In this document: one piece after another, positions 51,294 to 63,455 of the stretch | Numbering within the stretch: position 1 is the first letter of the stretch | Layout of the letters: every line of letters starts with the position of its first letter | NCBI RefSeq assembly: GCF_009914755.1 | Contig: NC_060925.1 | DNA from: the human T2T-CHM13v2.0 reference genome, Homo sapiens | Strand: one strand, 5' to 3' | DNA: 64,000 nucleotides | Program-made: the position numbers and the translations under genes | Notes under the pieces: generated by a model | Seen by the model: only the letters and a program-made list of their open reading frames with translations | Told to the model about the DNA's origin: nothing | Databases searched by the model: none

Positions 51294-53094
51294 CTGCCAC
51301 AGCCACTCATCAAAACCAAGTTGTATGAAGTGGCAGATTTCTCCTAGGGTGTCTGGCCAGCCATGACCTGCTCCTTTGGTCACCTCCCGAACTCCAAGAT
51401 GAGTTTCAAGAGCCACATGTCTATGAGACCCTCCTACCTGGACTTAGCTGACTGCAGCAGGAGGGACATGTGATCCAAGCTGGAGCACACAGAATCTCTC
51501 TCCTGGGATGTGGAGCTGAGAGACACTGAGATCAGGAGATGGGAGCTGATTCCTATTAATGACAGGTCTGGAGCAAAGGTCTGTACATCAGCGCTGTTAA
51601 GTTTCTGAGGGCTGTTCTGTTTTGTTTAAGCCAGTTTGTAGCGGGTTTGTGCAACTTGGCTAAAGAGCCTCCAGCACTTAGATTTGCTAAGCCAGGGAGT
51701 ACCCCCCCGGACCGTGTGGCAGTGGACTGAAGGAGACAGGAAGGCAAGGAAAGGCCCGGGGCAGGCGCTGCTACCGAAGGGCCTGGCTTGGGAGAAGGCT
51801 GCCGCTCCTGGCAAAAACGAGTCTCAGAAGAGTTTCTGGGTTCATTGACAATGAAATGCTGTCAAAGGACCCTCTGCTTTTCCTTGGAAACTAATATTCA
51901 ATTTCTGGAGGCCTAGTTTTCTTCTAGAAGAGGCAAACTGCACATCTCATTTTAGGTGGTGGCTGGTTCTGGTATCATGGGCATGTTACCGCTTTTTACA
52001 CAAAAGATTGCAATATGTGCAATGCCTGTCTGTGCTTTTGTTTTCTATGGTTTTGTTTTGTTTTAACATGTTTGATTTTTTTAAAGCTGTTAAGCCCAAG
52101 ATTGGAAGCTCTCAGATGATGAGATCTTCTCTGGTGTCAGGATGCAAACACGCTAGTCCCTGCTTAAACAAGGCTCTAGTCTTTTCTTTGTATCTATTCC
52201 ATCAGGAACTGCTGGAGATAAAAGCAAATGTCTTAGAAGAGCAAGTGTGACATGTGGTACGCTATCAGGAATAAATCTCTTCCTGCCAAGCAAGACTGTA
52301 AGGCAATCTGGAACCAGTTACTAAACAAACTTGTTTTATTTCAAAACAGAATCACCTGACTTACTTTTCTATTTATTTCTTGTCTTGAATTCTTTTTTGA
52401 TATCAAGATGCTACTAATGAAACACAGTGGACCCGAATTTTCCAGGTGAATCGAGAGAAAGGGGTTTGTAAAAAGGACTTAAAGGGAAAGAGCCCTCATT
52501 TCCTTTAGATTTTGAAAGGATGGTGTTAACAGCAGAGGCTGAAAAGGTACCATGGAAACTTAGCCTGGGAAGGGAATGGAAGGGCAGGGAGAGTGACAGA
52601 AGGAGGCAGAGGAGGGAACTGGTGGTGTTCTGATGCCAAAAACCCCTCTCTTAGGTGTTGGCTTAAGGAGTGGCAAATACGCAATGCGTTATGCACTGAT
52701 GTGCGCCGTGGAATCCGATGTCTGTGGGGCTGCTGTGCGGTGTGTGGGGCCCTCAGATGAAAGGGCACTGGAGAGTAGGCCTGTGCCCAAGGAACTTACT
52801 CTCAACTGTGCCACACCCAGGCAGGGACTTTGTGAAAGCCCTGGGGTGACTGACAGGTGATGGAGGTACCTGGTAGCTGTCTGTGTTGACCAGATAGTGC
52901 CCCAGCACCCTGGCTTTTCCAGGTGCTGGTGTCTTCCCAGATGAGGATGCAACATAAAAAAAACCTGGAGATTCCACTTGGCAGGGGAATCCATACATCC
53001 TCAGTGCAGGCACAAAGACTGCAGGTAGCAGGCCTGTGGTGAAGGGCCAGCACTTGTATCATGGTCCTGACATTTTCTCACATACTTGGTGTTG

Positions 53095-53388
53095 CTGTTG
53101 TTGTTGTTTTGTTTTTGAGACAGGGTCTCACTGTGTTGCCCTGTCTGCAGTGCACTGGGGCTCACTGTAGCCTCCACTTCCTGGGCTCAAGCGATCTTCC
53201 TGCCTCAGCCTCCCAAGGAGTTGGGACAGCAGGCTTATGCCACCACACTCGGCTATTTTTTTTTAATTTTTTGTAGAGACAATTTTTTGTGTTGCACAAG
53301 CTGGTCTCAAACGCCTGGACTCAAGTGATCCTCCTGCCTCAACCTCCCAAAGTGCTAAGATTACAGGCATGAGCCACAGCGCCCAGCC
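53095..53388 (-). mobile_element. AluJ
   Basis: gacagggtctcact, ctgggctcaagcgatc. Confidence 0.88.
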
Positions 53389-53409
53389 TCTCACATACTT
53401 TGATATACA

Positions 53410-53570
53410 AGATCTCATAACACTCTGCAAAGAAACCCGGAAAGGAAGCTGCCAATTTTCCCATTCTACAAATGAGGATGTGGAGGCTCAGAGGCTGGCT
53501 GACCTCCTTAAAAGCTCTGAGCTGTTCAGCTGAGGAAGTAAGTCTCAAGTCCTGTTCATCTGACTCTATG
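53410..53570 (-). mobile_element. MIR
   Basis: cccattctacaaatgaggatgtggaggctcagag. Confidence 0.7.
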
Positions 53571-53572
53571 GC

Positions 53573-53850
53573 AAGGGTCTGAAACTCGAGTGCTCAGGGG
53601 AGCAGTGGAGTCATTTCAGTGAGAGCAGCGGCCTGGAGACCATTCACACCGTCCAAAGGGGCAGCCCACGCTCAGTGCTAGCAGAGTGCTGCCATCCAAA
53701 AATGCAGGCCCAAAGCTGCTAGAACCTTCTGTTCTTCAAGAGAAACTACAATATAGATTTTTGTGTGAGAGCGCAATTTATTCAAAACAATTTATTTTTT
53801 AAAACTTTAAAAAAGAAAAACTTTGTGTGGCCCCAAACAACATGCCTCAC
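53573..53850. mobile_element. MER102-like hAT relic
   Basis: aaatgcaggccca ... ttcaagagaa ... agatttttgtgtgag; recalled similarity only. Confidence 0.45.
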
Positions 53851-54084
53851 TGCCCCGTCCCGCTTCCCTGCCAGTATGCAACTCCTGCTGTGGCACATTT
53901 CACGTTTATTGAGCACCTGCCATGTCCAGGAACTGTGCCGAGTGCTGGGGGACAGGCACAGCCCCTGTTTGAATGAAGCCTGCCTGCTGGTGCAGGGCTT
54001 CTCTATCCACGTCCACTCAGTCTATATCAATTCAGCTTCTATTCCTGCTCCTGCGCTGGCTGCTGTGGATGTTTTAAAAAATAC

Positions 54085-54195
54085 CACATGGTTGTACAAC
54101 AGTGTGCGCGGACTTAATGCCACTGAATTGTGCAGTTAAAAACAGTGAAAATGGTTAACCTTTACATTATGTATATTTTACCAAAATTAAAAAGT
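54085..54195 (+). mobile_element. L1MB-type 3' end fragment
   Basis: acttaatgccactgaattgtgcagttaaaa ... ttatgtatattttacc. Confidence 0.7.
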
Positions 54196-54429
54196 CAGTC
54201 TACAGAAGACACATGTAATTTTTATCCACAAGAAAGATAAAACCTAAATGAGAAGAGAGAACATAGTGCTATCAAATATTTCAGTTCAATAGACATTTGA
54301 GTCCCCATTGTGTATCAAGCACCATCTTAGGTGTGCACACAAAGTTAAGGAAGTTAGTTCCTGTCTTGAAAGTCACTTCCTACCCTGATGAGAGCAATGT
54401 TGGGAGCAGCCTTGGTTTTTGCGGTTAAC

Positions 54430-54670
54430 AAGAGCTGCCCTTTACGGAATGCAAAATCTCTGCCAGGTCTTTAGTAAGTGTTTTATGTGCACCGTCAATC
54501 TCACTGGAGCCTCACAGCAAACCTATGGGGCAGATGCTAATACCAACCCCATTTTACAAAGGGGGCAGAAGCTCAGAGAGGTTTAGTAACTTCCCCAAAG
54601 TCACACAGAGTTAATAGGTAGAGAAGCCAGGTTTTGAACCCAGTTTAGAGTAAAGTTACTCTAAACCCCA
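54430..54670 (-). mobile_element. MIR
   Basis: cccattttacaaa ... gctcagagaggtttagtaacttccccaaagtcacacag. Confidence 0.8.
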
Positions 54671-55780
54671 TGGGCAGAGGGATGCAAAGAGACCTGGTGT
54701 AGCCAGCTCAGAGGGGATCACTGTGGGCTTGAGAGACAGGAGCTCTTGAGGAGGCTGGGCCAGAGGAGCTGCAGGACCCAGGTGAAGGCACCACACCTTC
54801 AATCCAGGTGAGTCTCCTGTTACAAATGCAGGAGCAGGTTCACAGAGAAGGCCGTCAATGCTGATTCCTAAAGGATGATAGAGGGACAAAATGGGAACAA
54901 CATTCTGGCCACACGGAACAGGGAAGAGGGGCCCACCGATGTCATTGAGCCCTTGGTGCCCACTGTGGCTCAGTGAAGGTGACATCACACGATGTAGGTG
55001 AACTCTGAGGGAGATGGCAGCTGTGGCGGGCCTTCATGGGCTTGGCGGGCCTCAGAAACTTTAGCACAGACACTCCACTGGGAACTGGACTGGAGGAAAC
55101 TGCCAGGTACCACATGGCAGCTGAATGGGCTAAAACAGAAGAATATTGAAATAGTGAGAGAGTGGGCTTTTATGAGAGACTGGAGGTTCTCCCAACATGC
55201 ACAGTGGAGATGAAGGCTGAGACGGGCAGACAAGATGACGTTAGAACAGGACCAGATCATATTGGGCCTTGTCAGCTCCAGGCTACAAATGCACATGTAC
55301 TGTGGACGTGGGGGAGCAGCCTCAACGCTGCCTCAGGGGGTAAGAGGCTCCTGGACAAGGTAGAAAGGGGCCAGGGAAAGCCGGCCTGGCTATGTGGTGA
55401 ACTCCGTGAGGTGGGCTGTCAGTCCACAACGCTGTGTCTAGAGAGACTTGGAAAATTCAAGCCTGGTTCGAGAGAGCACGGTCATGCAGAGCAGAACGTG
55501 GCTGTGGACATCCAGGAGGGAAGAGGGCAGCCAGGTCAGCCCCAGCTGGTGGGTTGAGTTTCGGGCAACACAGGGAAAGATCCCTGGAGGAGGGGGCCCG
55601 CTGGACTGGGCAGGTATGTCAGGGCTTACCGGTAACAGAAGCCAAAGTCCAGGAAACATCTAAGTCACACCTTAGCAGGCTGAAGGGGGGTTGTAGTGGA
55701 GGGAGGCTTTTGTGCGGAAGGGTGACCGTCTAGCACCAAGCTCAGTCCCAGATGGAGCAATGGCGATAAGGCTTGTTTGG

Positions 55781-55794
55781 GCGCCACCTGCTGG
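55781..55794 (-). promoter_or_regulatory. CTCF core motif (reverse orientation)
   Basis: Reverse complement CCAGCAGGTGGCGC matches CCASYAGRKGGCRS; occupancy unknown. Confidence 0.65.
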
Positions 55795-56644
55795 TAGGCT
55801 GCGGCTACTGTTACTCTGGCCCTGGGCAGGTCCACCTCAGATGGAGGCCAGGAGGGAATTTGTAACAGCACTCATGATGGGATTTTTACTATTTTAGTTT
55901 TGGTTGAGGCATGAATACAATAAATGCTAAATTCCAAAGGGGCTACTGTGCAGAAACTTCAAAGTAGTATTAAGAACAGGGTAAACACCTTTTAAATTCC
56001 TGAGCCATTAGGAAAAGGCAAAGAGGATTTGCAAAGAGAATTTTTAAAGTGAGAAGCTGTTAAATCCCTTCTCTCCCAGGGTTGGTGGGAGGGGATCTGT
56101 GGCTGCGCCCTGCATGAAGTCTGGAGAGAGACTCTAAGAAGAATACTTGGAAAGCTTGGTAAGTTTTTCCTGAATAAAAAGGCACTGGACTAAGGTCAGA
56201 CTTCTGCCTAGAAAATCAGACAGGTAAGAAATGGGCTGGCCGGCTGCACCAGAAACCGAATTAAGGGGAGTTGGTTGCTGCTTCAGGCAGAGTTAGTAGA
56301 GGCAAAGCATGTGCATGCGTGCTTCCAGATGTGCTTGTGCAGAGAGAGAAAGGGGGTTTTTCGTGATGGTGATTGTAGTTGTTGCTTTTCAAGGAAATGT
56401 CAGGTATTGATGAATTAACCAAGTATAATAAACAAATGCCACAAGATACGAAATATTTGTGTAAGTGACTGTCCCTATTTTATTTTTTTAAAAATAAAAC
56501 TCCCAATCAAAATTCAAACAGCTCAACAATATACATTAGCAGAGAACGAATTTCCCCTTAATTGTATTCCCCACGCTGACCTTTAGGGCCTTTTCCAGCA
56601 TTAATGCTCTCCATCTACTTTCTAGAGCACATTGTGCTTTGCAG

Positions 56645-56658
56645 CCAGCAGGTGGCAG
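56645..56658 (+). promoter_or_regulatory. CTCF core motif (forward orientation)
   Basis: CCAGCAGGTGGCAG matches CCASYAGRKGGCRS; occupancy unknown. Confidence 0.65.
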
Positions 56659-57198
56659 CGCTCCACTGCTTTACGGGGACCCAGAAAATAAGTGGATTTG
56701 GGAGGCAAGTCCCATAGAGCAGAGAGCTTTGAAAAATCGTTTTCCTTAAAAACAATTTTTAAGTTTTCTAAAAAAATATCAGGAAAACCCTGTGATTTTG
56801 TTTTTTACCTGTTTAGAACTGGCCAGTTCCAACTACTGTGCTCTAGGTGAGACATTATTGTCCCTGAGCTCTGAGCTTTTGCAAGCAAGAAAGAAAGGTT
56901 TAGAAAACAAAGGGGCTATATTGGGTCCTGTGACTGAAAAGTCCAAAGGTCTGCTCTGTAGGGAGGAAGATCCCATTTTGATTCATTTTGATCCCATTTG
57001 ATTCACCCCATCATCAGGGCCTTAAACCATTTTTCTGATGTTTTCTGCTTTCCACAGGCCAGCTTTGTTGTAGGCGTGCCTCCCTCATGATGGAAAATAG
57101 CTGCAGCAGTTCCCGGCCTCACATCTGCACATTTCACCTTCCAAAGCCCCCAGAAAAATGTTGCCATGAGCCTCAGTGGCCTGAATGGAATCACTTGA

Positions 57199-57524
<326 letters not shown>

Positions 57525-57819
57525 CACTTGACCATTTTTAAAGCAAATACTATGACCAGAGGGATACAGTTGTGCTTATTCACTTGAGCCTAAGCCTCAT
57601 GCCCATTGGGTGCAGTAAAGTGTCCCCCGTGGGTACATGAGCTGTGTTGTGGTGACGGAATACCTGGATAATTAAGGATAGTTACCACAGAGTGAGGGAT
57701 AGATATTTGCTGGCACATGTGGAACGTCATCGTGAGCCTGTTGCCATCGGTCTCTAGGAAGCCCTGTTGTTCACTAAGGAAGTGGTGAACCCAAGCATCA
57801 CTCAGGGAAGCCAGCTGAA

Positions 57820-58320
57820 CATCTTCCAGGTCTGTCCGCTCCGATCCATCCTCTACCAGTCAGCCCCCAAGTGACTGCACATTTGCACAGTTCCTCTGCT
57901 GAAAACCCTACTGGTGGCTCCCATTATCCAAGCTAAAGTCCTGTTCCATTCAGGAACATGAGTCCTATACCGTGGCTCCTGGTCTCTCTGGCCTCGTCAC
58001 CCTCCCCTCTCTCTGGCACCTTAGCCTCCAGCCACACTGATCCGCTCGTTCATTCTCTCCACTCTTACTTGGAGGGTCTTTTCATTTTTTCCTCCTAGAT
58101 TTACTTCTCTTCCTCCTTTCAAACTTAGCTCAAGTGTCAGTAACTCCTGGAGAGCACCTTCCACACATGCCCTGGGCCTGGCTTGGTGCCCTTGTCCTTG
58201 GCTTCCCCACAACCCTGTGAATACCCAAAGCATGGCTCTAACCACACTGTGTTGAGAAGATGTTCACTGTGTGCCTCCCTCTACTAAACCGTGAGGTTCT
58301 TAGTGGCACAGGACTGTGGT
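57820..58320 (+). mobile_element. L2 fragment
   Basis: ggtggctcccatt ... ctccagccacactga ... cttagctcaagtgtca. Confidence 0.6.
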
Positions 58321-58824
58321 AGGTTGGTAGATGCTCCAGGAGTGTCATGGAACTGCTGGAATACATCCTCAGTCCTCACTTATGCAGCACAGGACTGCAT
58401 TGTCTGCATTTGGCTCTGGGAGGCAGGTAGTGGATTTTGCCTCTCAAGAACAGAACTCCCTCAGTCAACTGTCTTTCCCCTGGACCGCACGATTCATTGG
58501 CCTGAGTGATGTTGTAGGGTCCTTCCCTGTCTTAAAGTGTATGATTCTCACTGGCAGTAGCATTGGAGAAGCTGAAGAAGAGAGGAGGTCCTGCTGATCT
58601 AAGGTGATGCCTCCCTGAGGGCCTTCCTCTATAGGAAGTCAAATTGGACCATCAGGGAACAGCCCCAATTTTTGGATCTACTGGATTCCTAGTGAATCAT
58701 ATAAACACCCGTGGTGTATAACCTTTCCCCTCAAAAGACATTTTCATTTTTCAGAGATTTCTAATTTTTTTTTCTTCTGGCTTCCTGGTTGACCTGCCAG
58801 GGTGGAAAGGACCCAGTGTTCTTT

Positions 58825-59966
58825 GTGTGTGTGTGTGTGTGTGTATACATATATGTCTATGTAGACATATATAGACATGTCTACATGTCTACACGTGTAC
58901 ACATATGTCTACATGTCTACACGTGTAGACATATGTCTACATGTCTACACGTGTAGACATATGTCTACATGTCTACACGTGTAGACATATGTCTACATGT
59001 CTACACGTGTACACATATGCCTACATGTCTACACGTGTACACCTATGTCTACATGTCTACACGTGTACACCTATGTCTACATGTCTACACGTGTACACAT
59101 ATGTCTATATACACATATACATATGTACATATATACACATACATATATACATATATACACATATACATATATACATATACACATATACATACATGTATGT
59201 GTATACATGTGTATACATCTATGTATATGCATGTATGTGTATACATATATGTATACATATATACGTATGTATGTGTATATGTATATATACATATATACGT
59301 ATGTATGTGTATATGTACATACACATATACACATATATACATATATACATAGACATATATACATATATACATATGTATATACGTCTACAGAGACATATAT
59401 GTACGAATATACATATGTATATACGTCTACATAGACATATATGTACGAATATACATATGTATATACGTCTACATAGACATATGTACGAATATACATATGT
59501 ATATACGTCTACATAGACATATGTACGAATATACATATGTATATACGTCTACAGAGACATATATGTACGAATATACATATGTATATACGTCTACAGAGAC
59601 ATATATGTACGAATATACATATGTATATACGTCTACAGAGACATATATGTACGAATATACATATGTATATACGTCTAGACATATAGGTACATATATACAT
59701 ATGTATATACGTCTACATAGACATATAGGTACATATACACACGTGTATACACATATATGTATATATACGTATACACACATATATGTATATGCATTTATAC
59801 GCATATATACATATATACACATATGTATATATGTATATGTATGTATATATACATACATATACATATATACATACATATATACATATATACATATGTATAT
59901 ATGTCTACATAGACATATATGTACTATATATATAGTGTGTGTACACGTGCGTGTGTGTGTGTTGTG
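58825..59966. repeat. Compound RY-alternating micro/minisatellite (28-bp units, 40/42-bp units, TA/CA filler)
   Basis: atatgtctacatgtctacacgtgta(g/c)ac x8; catatatgtacgaatatacatatgtatatacgtctaca(g/t)aga x about 7. Confidence 0.97.
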
Positions 59967-60096
59967 TATTTTTTTTTTTTTCAAGAGACAGGGTTCTCTG
60001 TTGCCCAGGCTGGTCTTGAACTCCTGGCCTCAAGTGATCCTCCCACATCAGTCTCCTGAGCAGCTGGGATTACAGGCAGGCACCACCAAACCCAGC
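59967..60096 (-). mobile_element. FLAM monomer
   Basis: T tract, gagacaggg ... aactcctggcctcaagtgatcctccc ... cccagc. Confidence 0.85.
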
Positions 60097-60169
60097 AGAC
60101 CCAGTATACTTTGAGTGAGCAGAGAGGTCAATGGAGTTGGGCCATTTGGAATGACATTACCATGATTAA

Positions 60170-60415
60170 TAAACACAGCTCACAGTTTCTGAGTGCTCAC
60201 TTTGTTAGCTATCATTTTTAACAATAATACATGCATTAAATCATTCAGTGTTTACAACATCCTACAAGGTAGGCACCAATATCATCCCCATTTTACAAAC
60301 AAGGAAATGGATACAGAAAATTTAAATTTCTTACCTGAGGCCATGAAGCTAGTCAGTGACAGAGACAGGATTCAAATGCAGGCATTCTGGCTTCCGTACC
60401 CTCAACCACTCTCCT
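60170..60415 (-). mobile_element. MIR
   Basis: atccccattttacaaacaaggaaa ... ggattcaaatgcaggca. Confidence 0.75.
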
Positions 60416-60639
60416 TTACTGCCAATCTTATCCAGGCTGTGGAGGAAGGATGAGGGAGAGAGGCCAGTTTGGAAAGGGGCATCCAACCTCATGGGACTCA
60501 TTCTACCATTGCTGCCACAGCTTCTAGCCCACAAGACCAAACCTAGTTCAGTTCTATCCCAGGAGTCTTTAAATCATAAGTACAATTATTATGTGTAAAA
60601 TGCTTGCTATTAATTTACCACATTATAGATCTCAGAACA

Positions 60640-60815
60640 CATCCCAAGCCTTACTTCATTAGAGACTGACAATGGCTCTGTGACATAGTTGTATTTGCCT
60701 CATTTTAGAGGAGGAGAGGCCAAGGCAAGGCTAAGTGACCACCCAAGGCCCCAAACAGGTAGACAGAGAGCTAGAACTTGCTCCTATGTCACCTGCCTAT
60801 GGACTCAGGGCCAAC
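60640..60815 (-). mobile_element. MIR fragment
   Basis: cattttagaggaggagaggccaagg ... taagtgaccacccaagg. Confidence 0.6.
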
Positions 60816-61290
60816 ATCACACAATCTCTTCCTTTGCGGGTGAGGGCCTCTGGATTTCGGAAGTCTCCAGGGAAATGGGTCTAGGGTGTCTCATTCTTAC
60901 TTACTCTTCCATTCCCCATCTCCCCCAGACAACACTCAGATAGTTGCTTCCCCAATTCACAGCCCCCTGCTCAGAGGGCAAGGCAGGTCTGAGGATGGAG
61001 ATACCTGCCCTCAGGACTGGGGCAGCTTTGCACAGCTATCCGCCCCCCAACCCATGCCCATGTCCATTCTCTCAAACAGACCCTTACCCTTTTGCCTAGA
61101 ATGTTTAAAACTCGATAGTTTATGCCTGCGAAGTCAGTAGAGGCCCTTGGCTGGTGGCCAAGTTTTTTCCCCATCATCTGCACAGGGCAGGACTTGTTGC
61201 TTTCAAGGGCTCCCTGTACCCTTCAGAGTCCTTCCTGGGTCTGTGGGCTTTCAGTGACATTATAACCTGAAGCGCTGTCCAAAGCCAGAT

Positions 61291-62100
61291 CCAGACATCA
61301 CCACCTTTTCCAGGGTCCATCAAGGACTCCTTAGAGATGGCATTGGGGTGGAAAGAAGCATGAAGGTCCTGCTTCCAGTCTTCCTTTTAAGGAGCAGACA
61401 TTGATACAGTCATTCAAAGTGCTAAGGGAAGCACACTCCCAGGAAAAAAAAAAAGCCCTATTTACTTTACCAGAATCCCTGAGGCCCCAGCAAATAGCTC
61501 CTCTAAGTAAACCCAATAACCATCACTTTTTTACACAGAGACTTAGGCTGTAGAAGGAAGTTCAATGGAGTAGGCTATTTGGAAAGGCATTATTATGTCT
61601 AGTAAGAACAGCTCATATTTTTTGAGAACTCACTTTGTTAGCTAAGACTTATTGAGCTCTTACTAGCGCAAGCTATCATTTTAGCTTTTAGTTTATATAA
61701 TAGATATATACACCATTCACTATTCATAACATCCTATGAAGTAGGCAACACTATCATTCCCATTTCATAGACAAAAAAAAAAAAAAAAAACTTAAAGAAA
61801 GGTTCACTATCTTGCCTAAGGTTTTGAAGGTAGAAGGTAGGGTGAATAAGAGAAGCCAGAGGCTAAAATCAATCCCTGATCCATCCCCAGGCTCCCCAAG
61901 CAGGTGGACACATTCACCCATTCATCTCAAGTGCCTGCTGTATGCCTGGTAAGTGCCAAATTCAGGTCATACAAAGACAATAAGGCCTGGGCCAGACATC
62001 ACCACCCCTTCTGGGGTCCATCGAGGACTCCTTAGAAATGGTATTGTAAGGAGCAGACATTGATATTTAGTCATTCAAAGTGCTAAGAGAAGCACACTCC
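61291..62100 (+). repeat. Dispersed direct repeat: 61291-61439 and 61992-62100
   Basis: ccagacatcaccacc ... ggactccttaga ... taaggagcagacattgata ... gaagcacactcc in both; the second copy lacks about 43 bp. Confidence 0.92.
61605..61840 (-). mobile_element. MIR
   Basis: cataacatcctatgaagtagg ... cattcccatttcatagac ... cttgcctaagg. Confidence 0.65.
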
Positions 62101-63307
62101 ATAAGTTCAATGCCCAATAGTGAAGACAAATATGTAAGTTATAGTATAGTGCTGAGAGAGAGGTAGGTGGGAAGTGTGTGAGAACGAAATGAGGAGTTCA
62201 CTGATCAAGAAGCGTATTTCAGATGGCAGGAGTTGCTTGAAACAAAGTTCAGAGCCCCCCCGCAAAAAGATGTCCTTCCTGGGGAACTGCTCGATGATGC
62301 ATAGACTTGCTGGGCCCCCTTAGGCAGGGAGGGTGGCACATTTGCCAGATAGCTGGATCACCCCCCCAGACTCACAGTCACGGGCCAAATATCCAATCGA
62401 CCCTTTCTGTGGAGATTCAATGTTGAGTGACGGGAAAAATGGGGAAATTGCCAGGAATCTTTCATGACAGTGTAAATCCAGCTTGCTGGGCTCTTAAAAT
62501 GCATGCCGTGGCTTTCTGATGTTTTCCGTATGTCACAGAATTTACGAGTCTGATCTCACAGAGCAGCCAGAAAGCTCAGAGGCAGTTGATGATGTATGTG
62601 GACCGTCTGGCTCCTCTGAGAAAGGATTCAATTCTGTCTCTTAAAGTGATTTAATCCTAAATCTTAGGCTGGAACAAATAGAAAATGCAAATCTGTCTTC
62701 CTTGTTTAAGGATTTTGTATTCTTTGATAGTTTCAAAACAATCATGCAGAGAAAAAAAACATATCTTAACAAATATATCATGTTGGAAAGTGTAGATGCT
62801 TTGACAAATTACAAAGCCAACCAAGTCAGATACTTCCTTGTCAACTTTTGCTTCCAGCTGGCAAGCATTTAAAATAATATTCCAAGGAGGTTTAACATTC
62901 ATGATTACATTGTTTGATTATTGCACTTTCTAGATAATGGTTTTTCAAAATTGTATCTTGCAGCTAAAAATTAAATAGCGACTTCTGGGTATGCATGACA
63001 TTCTTTAATAAAATGAGACCCAATATAATATTCTCAGAGGCTGAGCAGTAATATAGAAGAGATTTACTGTAGTCCAAATGAGTGAGATCACTGATCCTAT
63101 AGGATTCTTATTATTTTCTCAAGCTAAACTCCAGAGAATGCTGGGAATGGAGCCACAGACTCTGTTCATGTCTAGCAGGATCCTAGATGGGCTTTCCTTT
63201 TCTACATGGATATCTAAAGAATTCTTGGGGTCTTTGGGCTGTGGAAAAATGCCTTTTAGGAGAAAGCTGTGGACAAAGTTGTTTATTTGTGTCCACTAAC
63301 AGTGGAC

Positions 63308-63455
63308 ACAAATTGTAACAAACGAATCATTCTGGTGAGGAATGTTGATAATGGGGGAGGCTAATTATGCACATGGGTTGGGGCAAGGGGTATATGGGAA
63401 CTCTCTGTAGTTTCTGCTCAATTTTGCTGTGAACCTAAAACTGCTCTTAAAAAAT
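63308..63455 (+). mobile_element. L1MC/MB-type 3'UTR fragment
   Basis: atgttgataatgggggagg ... tatatgggaactctctgta ... ctgtgaacctaaaactgctcttaaaa. Confidence 0.75.

Noticed and set aside
54656-55897. Cluster of overlapping GC-rich ORFs
   Set aside because: Present on both strands with no recognisable homology or consistent exon structure; expected by chance at this GC content.
58941-60114. Long ORFs (up to 205 aa) rich in Y/I/H/T/C/V
   Set aside because: They translate an RY-alternating satellite that is nearly free of stop codons; no coding evidence.
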